From a virus: DNA of 64,000 nt. Shown piece by piece: positions 30,101 through 37,716 of this stretch (position 1 is its first letter; every line of letters begins with the position of its first letter). A program made the position numbers and the translations under genes. The stretch spans positions 32,001 to 96,000 of IMG/VR virus record IMGVR_UViG_3300010883_000003; one strand, given 5' to 3'. Below the pieces are notes generated by a model. That model searched no databases and was not told the DNA's origin. It was given only the letters and a program-made list of their open reading frames with translations.

Positions 30101-30225
30101 TACAAAAAGGTAAGTTTGAAACAAAGTTAAAGATGACCCAAGTGGATGCTTTCGGTAAGTACGCTAGTATGATGGGTAACGTTACTAAGGCGCTAACAGC
30201 ATTATCCGAAAGCAAAGAAGAATAA
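27154..30225 (+). CDS. baseplate hub protein (gp27-like)
   Basis: LMITYGWS, IVNSSFSFDE.GQV, C-terminal LSLTTLGCP...FVVSGISHTI..GKFETKL; follows the LysM gene. Confidence 0.6.
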   Translation: MAIYDSKLAMIVEALGRYYSVVSKEKFMSILAFGDDNAISSFGSVNLDPTPEMNKLVRTFTDATEGGVIMTKNFTALKDIATGDEAGEIEQMAQKLYRYVGEPSAFETIWDSSWTKVCSQISVSDFCKISPGTDGSRDGTINGAFASPTKFTPNLCALEVKNPKLVPAARDSGAAGLFMNCIPTLEFSRLQPHLDITLVSPRDGMSDSGKIQSIGLMQHLIGQSQPSSDANKSLASAVDESAVQGMLEAADADAAAGGADTQVSSADIAVSTAGMEMFTAPQTLVPHINGQLETYGDYESFSNVIGDDGEPISSGGRRGAAIIDPFRPLMSIEGFAITVSPSRGMMSHKTAELSLTLHDRSRLSEVAEFVKPDLYGHSELMITYGWSHPDDSASTSTDGVRSGNFYGSFLNAMKVTEKYMIVNSSFSFDEVGQVKIKLKLSMKGASNLDTNNIGQGEDVETAVQALQDMVEVIRQLKATAISEASSMGGGSEARDVFGESFFSAASDTSRAMTIDEETQKALKKYISDNRGASGTTGELAGTLENMFGSDGTGGAVEALQKTIADAISAKMSHLVSLRTANKDPFAKTITGNEGSTKYVNITKRSSKHVSLGALVMYMVGKPLASTKRFDEIQFIFYPVNDKASYIKDCTTAEIPINMVDFQKTFKENTKTSINLPLGRFMSMVGKEFVHNQASEAYGLAALYDTDEEGKKKVKEDLSEDPTKLNDEKKKRLEDAYGMEADMEFKMPRIRFHLEAVPAKETGHDEGRRSTILRIHVYDSVCTPHTALGKLMAASRSNSLGLLTSAASKAARPPTPDTDSDEAEVSVSHADAFYDELQKALDYGLLEAVPSLSEDDTSGYDPATQPNTYFRVKGGFKALKNFMQASMPTIIYGSTNSAVLSADVASMNNPKLASMNMMRSGMGGGTTAQGARDAGVPLQTAPVTLSLTTLGCPVVSYGQSFFVDFGTGTTVDNVFVVSGISHTIQKGKFETKLKMTQVDAFGKYASMMGNVTKALTALSESKEE

Positions 30226-30232
30226 CTTACAC

Positions 30233-30261
30233 TTGAAAATAAGTTCGCGTTATGATATAAT
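30233..30261 (+). promoter_or_regulatory. sigma70-type promoter (TTGAAA-17-TATAAT, extended TG); likely leaderless transcript
   Basis: TTGAAA 30233-30238, TATAAT 30256-30261, ATG at 30267. Confidence 0.7.
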
Positions 30262-30266
30262 CTACT

Positions 30267-31454
30267 ATGTCTATCCTTATTAACAAACATATTATAGGTT
30301 CTTCCTATCACGCAGCACTTGACGGTGAGTTGTTAAGCTGGTCTGATAATAAGGAGACAGGTTATCGTTATGGATTCGAAGGCGCTCAAAATTCAATTGA
30401 ACCTTTGTTGACTTTGTTTGCATGTCAGCAACCTTCTTTAGTTCCTACTCCGGTTATTAATTCGTTTAAGGAATGCGGATATAACTCGGCGCCATGGAGC
30501 AAAGTTATACCTCCAAAAAAGTTTAAGAAGCTGTTTATGGAGTTTATATCAGAGATGCAGACAGCTATCGGTATTATAGATCATAGTGAGTACCCTAGTT
30601 TCTTTATTGAGACAAACAAGCTATTTTCATATCTTGGATCTAGTACAGTTTCTAAAGCAAGGTGTGATAGCTACCTTAAAGTAAACGATAACCACTCTCT
30701 TAAAGCGATAACAGGTATGCTTAAAGGTAATAAGCTTCCAGTCCCGCTATATAACAGGGTCTCGACTAAGACCGGTCGCTTAACAATAAAAGCTGGACCG
30801 CAAATACTAACACTAAAGAAAGACTTTAGATCAATATTTATTCCGAGTATACCGGGTAATAAGCTATATGAGATAGATTTTACTTCTCTTGAGCCACGTG
30901 TGGCCTTGAATATAGCAGGAAAGCAGGCAGACACAGACGTGTACACTTCTTTTTCTGTAAGTAGCGGTTTCGATATACCTCGCGACGTTTCCAAGCTGGC
31001 TACTCTTTGTGCCTTGTACGGAGCCGGAACTTCAAAACTAGAAAGTGTTTTACGTACAAACGATCACAAGATAACAGCAAAAAGATTGCTCAAAGAAGTT
31101 AAGCAGTACTTTCAAATTTCTTCCTTGTCAAAGTCTCTAAGATCTCAAGCATCAGCTGGAACAATAACAAACTGCTTTGGTCGACCCATTATAGTCGACG
31201 ATGCGCGAGATTCTATTTTGGTTAATAACTTCTTACAGTCTTCAGCTACTGACATTGCCCTACTTGGTTTTTTAGATTTTTGTGAAACGTTAAAAGACAT
31301 CGTCAAGCCCATATTTATTATTCATGATGCTTTAATTTTCGAAGCTGATCCTGAGCAATTAGGACCGGTAGTTGAATACGTAAACAGCGGATTTGAGTTA
31401 AAAGAAATGGGAAATTTTCCACTAAAAATTTCGGAGTTTAGTTCTAATGAATGA
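30267..31454 (+). CDS. minimal family A DNA polymerase (polymerase domain only)
   Basis: TKTGRL, motif A EIDFTSLEPR, motif B RDVSKLATLCALYG, NNFLQSSATD, motif C IIHDAL; no exonuclease motifs seen. Confidence 0.8.
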   Translation: MSILINKHIIGSSYHAALDGELLSWSDNKETGYRYGFEGAQNSIEPLLTLFACQQPSLVPTPVINSFKECGYNSAPWSKVIPPKKFKKLFMEFISEMQTAIGIIDHSEYPSFFIETNKLFSYLGSSTVSKARCDSYLKVNDNHSLKAITGMLKGNKLPVPLYNRVSTKTGRLTIKAGPQILTLKKDFRSIFIPSIPGNKLYEIDFTSLEPRVALNIAGKQADTDVYTSFSVSSGFDIPRDVSKLATLCALYGAGTSKLESVLRTNDHKITAKRLLKEVKQYFQISSLSKSLRSQASAGTITNCFGRPIIVDDARDSILVNNFLQSSATDIALLGFLDFCETLKDIVKPIFIIHDALIFEADPEQLGPVVEYVNSGFELKEMGNFPLKISEFSSNE

Positions 31455-32004
31455 AGATAAGTTAAGAGTTTATATACGTAAGATGTTAGCTGAGGGACCA
31501 GATGTACCTGCGACAGATGATAAAGAAAAGAAACCACCCTCAAAACGCAAAAAGAAAAAAGCTGATACTGCACCAGGCGAAATTGGTGTCACTGCCGGTA
31601 GAGGTAGCTGGAGTAAGTCTGTAAAGGAAGCCGGCGCTCTTGCTGAAGAGGCTCCTGATGAACTTATGAGTAATCTTGGTATTAAAAATGCTGCATCCGG
31701 ATTTGCTGGAATTTCAAAACTGCTAAATCAAGCATTTAAAGAATCTGATGTTATGAAGCGCTCATACGGAGGAATTTCTAACGTAACACAAGGAAAAAGC
31801 AAGGGAATTATGATCTCTATGGGCGAGCTAGACAGCCGTAATGGTGCAAAATATCTTCACCACACGCTGATCGGCGCCCAGAACGCTGGAAAGCTATCTC
31901 TTGACGTGCCTGTGCAGATCCAGCGAATTGACACCGGTACGGTAGTTATTCACTCTTCACCTATGAAAAATTCATGGGTTGTAAAAGATAAAAAGCAAGA
32001 ATAA
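31447..32004 (+). CDS. hypothetical protein with N-terminal LRxYIRxMLxE motif
   Basis: 185 aa ORF overlapping the end of the Pol A gene. Confidence 0.7.
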   Translation: MNEDKLRVYIRKMLAEGPDVPATDDKEKKPPSKRKKKKADTAPGEIGVTAGRGSWSKSVKEAGALAEEAPDELMSNLGIKNAASGFAGISKLLNQAFKESDVMKRSYGGISNVTQGKSKGIMISMGELDSRNGAKYLHHTLIGAQNAGKLSLDVPVQIQRIDTGTVVIHSSPMKNSWVVKDKKQE

Positions 32005-32066
32005 GTTATGTAAAACTTAGGGTGTACCTTTATACTTCTATAGTACTTTGATTAACTGAGGAAAAT

Positions 32067-32906
32067 ATGAAGCATCTTGAACATAATGGAAAAGTAACAC
32101 TTACCAAACTGGTACAGTTAGGATCACCAGACCGTGAACCAGCTAAAGGAGACGTTCCCGCCATAGTGCTTGACGTCGAAACAACTGGTTTAAATAGCGA
32201 TAGGGATGAAGTAATCCAGATTGCAATGAGACCTTTCTTTGTCTCCCCAACAACCGGTGAAATCTCTGGTGTTAAAAAGAGTATCGAATACTTTCAGGAA
32301 CCATCGAAACCACTTGACCCTATTATCACACAGATAACTGGTTTTGTTGATAGCGATCTAAAGGGTAAATCAATCCCATGGGATAAGGTCGCCGCAATAT
32401 TATCTAAGTGCCAATTTGTGATTTGTCATAATGCTTCTTTCGATAGACAATGGGTTGACAAAGCTATCGCCAACAGCGGTCATACAGTGCCTTCAGATGT
32501 TGTCTGGTGTTGTTCAATGAGTCAAGTTGATTGGTCTAATGTCTGTCGTGCTTCGAAGGCTCTAGAGGTCCTCTGCGCATGGCACGGATTTTACTATGAT
32601 TCGCACAATGCCATCGCAGACGTTGATGCAACCTTACATCTTCTTAGAAAAGAAGACTATATGAAGACGATGCTTGGTAACGCTATCGAATCAGATTATC
32701 ATGTTTTCGCCGCCGGTTCGCTTCGGGAAGAAAACCCCCTGCTTAAGCAGCGTCGTTATAGATGGAATCCTGATCTTGTTGTCTGGTGGAAATCTGTTAA
32801 CAATATTAGTGAGGCAGAGATTGAATCTGCATGGCTATCTGAGAACTTACAAAAATGTGAACCTCAATATTTTGAGATCGAGGCTCATCATAGATTTACT
32901 CCATAG
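32067..32906 (+). CDS. DEDDh 3'-5' exonuclease (DnaQ/epsilon-like)
   Basis: LDVETTG, CHNASFDR, HNAIADVDA. Confidence 0.9.
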   Translation: MKHLEHNGKVTLTKLVQLGSPDREPAKGDVPAIVLDVETTGLNSDRDEVIQIAMRPFFVSPTTGEISGVKKSIEYFQEPSKPLDPIITQITGFVDSDLKGKSIPWDKVAAILSKCQFVICHNASFDRQWVDKAIANSGHTVPSDVVWCCSMSQVDWSNVCRASKALEVLCAWHGFYYDSHNAIADVDATLHLLRKEDYMKTMLGNAIESDYHVFAAGSLREENPLLKQRRYRWNPDLVVWWKSVNNISEAEIESAWLSENLQKCEPQYFEIEAHHRFTP

Positions 32907-32914
32907 TTATATAC

Positions 32915-33133
32915 ATGCAAAATCTTAGAGAAATCATTAGACGTATACTTCTAGAGGAAGAGATCCTGACTGAGCCAGATGAAACTAACCAAGAGCAACA
33001 TGATCAAGAAGAGCAAAGCGTTGCCGGTATTGCCGGCGCCACTACACCTCTTGGTACCGGCCCAACTTATCCCGATAAGCTTAAGAAAAAGCATAAAAAA
33101 AGACAAAAAACAAATAAAAATTTGAAAAAATAA
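32915..33133 (+). CDS. small hypothetical protein, possible internal head protein
   Basis: LREIIRRILLEE N-terminus, basic C-terminus; ATAGTTA upstream. Confidence 0.6.
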   Translation: MQNLREIIRRILLEEEILTEPDETNQEQHDQEEQSVAGIAGATTPLGTGPTYPDKLKKKHKKRQKTNKNLKK

Positions 33134-33150
33134 CAAGTTGTTATTATACT
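33122..33150 (+). promoter_or_regulatory. sigma70-type promoter for SSB
   Basis: TTGAAA 33122-33127, 17 nt, TATACT 33145-33150. Confidence 0.65.
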
Positions 33151-33208
33151 AAGAATGTCCTTGAGGACAAACAGTTGAATATTGCATATTAAACATTTGG
33201 AGGTTAAC

Positions 33209-34009
33209 ATGGCAATTGATTTTGATGCGCTTCGTAAGAAGCTCGGCCAACTTTCTGGCACTAATTCCCGGCGAAACACGATGTGGCGCCCCACCGAAGG
33301 TGAAGAAGCTGTAGTTCGTCTACTAGCATTCGCCGATAATGAAGACGGTCTTCCGTTCGCTGAACGATGGTTTTATTATAATATCGGTACAAATCCAGGA
33401 CTTCTAGCGCCCTATCAGTTTGGTAATCCTGATCCGATTCAAGAATTGATCACAAAGCTGCGCGATGAAGGTACTAAAGAGTCATACGATTTGGCTAAAA
33501 AGCTATATCCTAAGGCTCGCTACTACGCTCCTGTTGTAGTTCGAGGTGAAGAAGAGAAGGGTGTCCGCATTTGGTCTTTTGGTAAGACAGTCTATCAGTC
33601 TCTTTTAAACATTATGCTTGATGAAGACTATGGCGATATCACAGACCCAGTTGACGGTCGTGATATCAAAGTCGTCTGCTCGAAAGCCCCGGGTCGACAA
33701 TGGGCCACAACAGAAGTTCGCCCTCGAGGCAAGACATGTGCACTTGGTGAAACCACTAAGCAGATGAAAGACTGGACCGATGCGATTCCTGCAATTGGAG
33801 ATATGTACGAAGAAAAGTCAGTCGATGTCTTAACAAAGATCGTAAATGACTGGCTTAACGGCGATGACGAAGCATCTGGCAATTCTTATGGAACTTCTAG
33901 AAATGACGCTCCCACAAAGACACCGTCTGCTTCTACATCTAAGCCCTCTGTTGACTCTAAGTTTAAGAGTCTAGATGACGCGTTCGCCGATCTTGAAGAT
34001 GATTTTTAA
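33209..34009 (+). CDS. single-stranded DNA-binding protein (T4 gp32-like)
   Basis: GGAGG SD; WRPTEG..VVRLL, GVRIWSFGKTVY, DITDPVDGRDI, acidic tail LDDAFADLEDDF. Confidence 0.8.
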   Translation: MAIDFDALRKKLGQLSGTNSRRNTMWRPTEGEEAVVRLLAFADNEDGLPFAERWFYYNIGTNPGLLAPYQFGNPDPIQELITKLRDEGTKESYDLAKKLYPKARYYAPVVVRGEEEKGVRIWSFGKTVYQSLLNIMLDEDYGDITDPVDGRDIKVVCSKAPGRQWATTEVRPRGKTCALGETTKQMKDWTDAIPAIGDMYEEKSVDVLTKIVNDWLNGDDEASGNSYGTSRNDAPTKTPSASTSKPSVDSKFKSLDDAFADLEDDF

Positions 34010-34033
34010 GTCATAACATAGCTGCATTATACG

Positions 34034-34068
34034 ACAAGGGGAAGAAGCAATTCTTCCCCTTGTTTTTT
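34034..34068 (+). terminator. Rho-independent terminator after SSB
   Basis: acaaggggaagaa-GCAA-ttcttccccttgt perfect stem followed by a T-run. Confidence 0.9.
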
Positions 34069-34125
34069 ATGAACATGTCTCAATTAATCCTTATAGTAGT
34101 ATAGACTTCATGGAGCTAAAAGAAT

Positions 34126-35328
34126 ATGCCGAGAAAAAAAATCAAAACTAATCCTGTTAACGATGAATTTACTTCTGATCTGATTAAGTCGCTAAACAAG
34201 GAGCACGGATCCAGGGTAGCTTACAATCTTTCGACAGACGAATCACCGACCCATGTTAATCGATGGATCAGTACTGGCTCAAAGCAGCTAGATTATATTA
34301 TAGCAAACCGTCCGAATGGTGGCCTTCCAGAAGGTCGTATCATCGAGATCTTCGGACCTCCGTCTATTGGAAAATCTCATATCGCAATTCAGATTGCTAG
34401 ATCAACCCAAGAGCTAGGCGGAATCTGTGTATATATTGATACAGAGAACGCAACATCGGTAGAAAATCTTGGTTTGCTTGGCGTAGATATTAATAAGCGG
34501 TTTGTATATGTCGACACTCACTGTACGGAAGAAGTTCTATCCATCGCAGAGTCGACTATATTAAAGGCAAAGGCAATGGACAAAGATGTACCAGTTACAA
34601 TTATTTGGGACTCGGTAGCAGCATCTTCTCCTAAGGCGGAGCTTGATGGGACGTATGAACAAAACTCCATTGGTCTTCAAGCCAGAGCTATATCAAAAGG
34701 CATGCGAAAAATAACAGGAGTTATTGCGAATCAAAACGTGTTGTTTATCTGCTTGAATCAGATCAGAACTAAGATCGGAGTTATGTACGGTGATCCCACT
34801 ACAACCCCTGGTGGGAAAGCCATTCCATTCCATTCGTCAGTTCGTATTAAGCTTGGCGCTGGACAACATATAACAAATAAAGCAAAAGAAGTTATTGGTA
34901 TCCACGTTAGGGCGAAAACGATCAAAAATAAAGTCGCACCTCCGTTTCGAGAAGTTAACTTCGAGATACATTTCGGTAAAGGTATCGTGGAGCACGAACA
35001 AGTATTTGACGAATTACGTAAGCACGGATCTGCCGTTCTGGGTGGCAAGGAAATAACGGTATCTGGTACTAGTTCATGGAAAAATTTAATTGTCGCTAAC
35101 GCTAAAACTGGTGAAGTAGAAGTTGAGAAGAAGTTCTATAAAGCAGACTTTGGTGAAGTGTGGAAAGATCCAGAGTACAAAGACTACATTGACGCATTGT
35201 TATCTGACTGTATGCTAAGAAAGCTGTCGAATGATAATGAAGCTGTACTCGATACTGAATCTTATGAAGAAGTAAGAGCGGTTGCAATTGACCTAAACCT
35301 AGAGGGGATTGAAGATCTAGATGTCTAG
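34126..35328 (+). CDS. recA: RecA/UvsX recombinase
   Basis: ISTGS..LD, GGLPEGRIIEIFGPPSIGKS, YIDTENA, IWDSVAA, NQIR.KIGVMYGDP.TTPGGKA..F.SSVRI, KNKVAPPF. Confidence 0.95.
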   Translation: MPRKKIKTNPVNDEFTSDLIKSLNKEHGSRVAYNLSTDESPTHVNRWISTGSKQLDYIIANRPNGGLPEGRIIEIFGPPSIGKSHIAIQIARSTQELGGICVYIDTENATSVENLGLLGVDINKRFVYVDTHCTEEVLSIAESTILKAKAMDKDVPVTIIWDSVAASSPKAELDGTYEQNSIGLQARAISKGMRKITGVIANQNVLFICLNQIRTKIGVMYGDPTTTPGGKAIPFHSSVRIKLGAGQHITNKAKEVIGIHVRAKTIKNKVAPPFREVNFEIHFGKGIVEHEQVFDELRKHGSAVLGGKEITVSGTSSWKNLIVANAKTGEVEVEKKFYKADFGEVWKDPEYKDYIDALLSDCMLRKLSNDNEAVLDTESYEEVRAVAIDLNLEGIEDLDV

Positions 35329-36277
35329 TAGCGTACGACCCACGCTAATAATAGATGGCTTAAATGTCTTCTATAGGCATTGGGTCGCGAATCCAACAAT
35401 GGACGCAAACGGCGAGCATGTCGGAGGTATAGTAGGGTTCTTAAAAAATCTACAATTGCTGTGCGAAAGGTATACTCCAGAAGACATGATTGTTGTTTGG
35501 GAAGGCGGAGGATCCACACGCAGAAGGTCTATAGATTCGAATTATAAGAATGGTCGTAAACCAGCAAAGTTAAATCGCTTTTATGATGAAATACCTGATA
35601 CTGTCCAGAACAGAAATTCGCAAGTTTCCCAACTTGTTTCTCTCTTAAGGAAAGCCGGCGTAAAGCAATTGTACGTTCCTGATTGTGAAGCAGACGATGT
35701 CATAGCGTATATAGTTTCATCACGCTTTCGTAAGAAAGAAAAAAAATGTGTTATCGTATCTACGGATAAAGATTTCTATCAGTTAGTTAGTGAGCAAGTT
35801 AACGTGTGGTCTCCAGGAAGTAAAAAGCAGTGGGACATTTCTTCTATAGTAAATACGTTTAGCATACATCCCGAAAACTTTTGTCTTGCAAGATGCTTTA
35901 TTGGTGATCCTTCTGACGGTCTAAAGGGTGCCCCCGGCGTTGGCTTTAAGAGTCTAGCTAAAAGATTTCCAAATTTGTCTAAACGTGATAGTCTAACAAT
36001 CAGCGACATAGTTACAGAATGTAGAAAACTTCAAGAACAAAGCAAGCTTAAGCTTTATGATAGCATTATCAATCATGAAGATGAAATACGAAAAAATTGG
36101 AAGCTTATGTATCTAGGGTTTGGAAAACTGTCTGCATCACAAGTTGATAAAATTAGTTTTGCATTCGAGCAAACTCCTACAAGAGATAAGCTAGGCTTTA
36201 TAAGAAGTCTTATGAATCTACAGATAACAAACGTTGATTATGATAAGCTTTTTATGAATCTCAAAATCTTAAGATAG
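35321..36277 (+). CDS. 5'-3' exonuclease/FEN (T4 RNase H or Pol I N-domain-like)
   Basis: IIDGLN, YK.GR, EADDVIA, STDKDFYQL, GDPSDGLKGAPGVG.K. Confidence 0.92.
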   Translation: MSSSVRPTLIIDGLNVFYRHWVANPTMDANGEHVGGIVGFLKNLQLLCERYTPEDMIVVWEGGGSTRRRSIDSNYKNGRKPAKLNRFYDEIPDTVQNRNSQVSQLVSLLRKAGVKQLYVPDCEADDVIAYIVSSRFRKKEKKCVIVSTDKDFYQLVSEQVNVWSPGSKKQWDISSIVNTFSIHPENFCLARCFIGDPSDGLKGAPGVGFKSLAKRFPNLSKRDSLTISDIVTECRKLQEQSKLKLYDSIINHEDEIRKNWKLMYLGFGKLSASQVDKISFAFEQTPTRDKLGFIRSLMNLQITNVDYDKLFMNLKILR

Positions 36278-36292
36278 AACAAAGGAAAAAAC

Positions 36293-37702
36293 ATGACATC
36301 TGCTGTTGCAAAAACAGAAATATTGACAGACCTCGCCGCAGGCCAATTTTCTCAGTATAACAAACCATTCCAGGAAAAAATCTTCCAAGGCTTGTTAACT
36401 GATCTAAAGTGGTCTGCTCAGATGGTTGAAGTTATGAGACCTGACTTCTTTGAGCTTCGTTATCTTGAATATCTCTGTGATAAGTACTTTAACTACTTCA
36501 AGCAGTACCGCTGTTTTCCAACACAGTCATTATTGATCAGCATTATCAAAGATTCACTTAGTGAAGACGGTGACGTATTACTTAGAGATCAAATCGTGTC
36601 GTATCTAATCCGTATGCGCGAAAACCCTAATCCGGGAGATATCGCTTATGTCAAGGAGAAATCTTTAGACTTCTGTAAGAGACAGGCATTTAAAGAAGCC
36701 CTAGAGCAATCTGTCGAGTTGATCGGTTCTGATAATTTTGAGTCTGTCATTACACTGATGAAGTCTGCGATATCAATTGGCATGCCGAATACAGTTGGTC
36801 ATGACTTTTTTGAAGATCTAGAGGCGAGATTTCAAAAGATTGACAGGTGTGTATGTCCAACCGGTATACCCGAGCTAGATGCAAAAGATATTTTAGCTGG
36901 TGGTCTAGGTAGAGGAGAAATCGGTGTCATCACCGCGAACACTGGTGTCGGCAAATCTCACTTCTTGGTGCAAATGGGTGCCAATGCCATGAAGGCTGGT
37001 AAGAATGTCCTTCATTACACCTTCGAATTGACAGAGCAAGCAGTTGGTATTCGTTACGACTCTAACTTATGTGGTATATCTTCTTCTGACGTTGTTGATA
37101 ATAAAGATAGAGTAATCGATTTCTATGAAAAGTCTGAAGACTTAGGTCGGTTGATAATTAAGGAATACCCAACTGGCGCTGCTACCGTGAACACAATTCG
37201 GAATCACATTGAGAAGCTAGCACTGAGAAATTTTAAACCGTCAGTTATCTTAATCGACTATGCGGATATCATGAGGTCTTCAAGACAGTATGATTCTCTT
37301 CGTCATGAGCTGAAGTTAATCTACGAGGAACTTCGTAATCTTGCCATGGAATTAAGGGTACCTGTTTGGACAGCTAGTCAAGCAAACCGGGACTCTGCGA
37401 ATTCCGATATTGTTGGCCTTGAGAACATGGCTGAGGCATACGGGAAAGCGATGGTGGCTGATTTAGTGGTATCAATATCTAGAAAACCTTCTGAGAAAGC
37501 CACCGGCGCAGGAAGACTTTTTATCGCAAAAAACCGAGCCGGCAAAGACGGCATACTTTTTCCTATACACATTGACACAGCACGCTCTAGTATTAGAGTA
37601 GTAGATAGCGAATCATCAACGCTAGCGCAAGCTCAAAAAGACGAAAAGGTCGAGGCTCGTGAGCTGATAAAGAAAAGATGGAAAGAAATTAATAAGATCT
37701 AA
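36293..37702 (+). CDS. replicative DnaB/gp41-like helicase
   Basis: PTGI.ELD, GGLGRGE, ANTGVGKS, YTFEL, IKEYP, IDYAD, WTASQANR, KNRAG. Confidence 0.92.
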   Translation: MTSAVAKTEILTDLAAGQFSQYNKPFQEKIFQGLLTDLKWSAQMVEVMRPDFFELRYLEYLCDKYFNYFKQYRCFPTQSLLISIIKDSLSEDGDVLLRDQIVSYLIRMRENPNPGDIAYVKEKSLDFCKRQAFKEALEQSVELIGSDNFESVITLMKSAISIGMPNTVGHDFFEDLEARFQKIDRCVCPTGIPELDAKDILAGGLGRGEIGVITANTGVGKSHFLVQMGANAMKAGKNVLHYTFELTEQAVGIRYDSNLCGISSSDVVDNKDRVIDFYEKSEDLGRLIIKEYPTGAATVNTIRNHIEKLALRNFKPSVILIDYADIMRSSRQYDSLRHELKLIYEELRNLAMELRVPVWTASQANRDSANSDIVGLENMAEAYGKAMVADLVVSISRKPSEKATGAGRLFIAKNRAGKDGILFPIHIDTARSSIRVVDSESSTLAQAQKDEKVEARELIKKRWKEINKI

Positions 37703-37716
37703 TAGGAGCAAGATAG

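Noticed and set aside
10232-30225. Bacterial extracellular contractile injection system or tailocin
   Set aside because: It is contiguous with capsid, scaffold, neck and a full replication module, so it is a phage tail.
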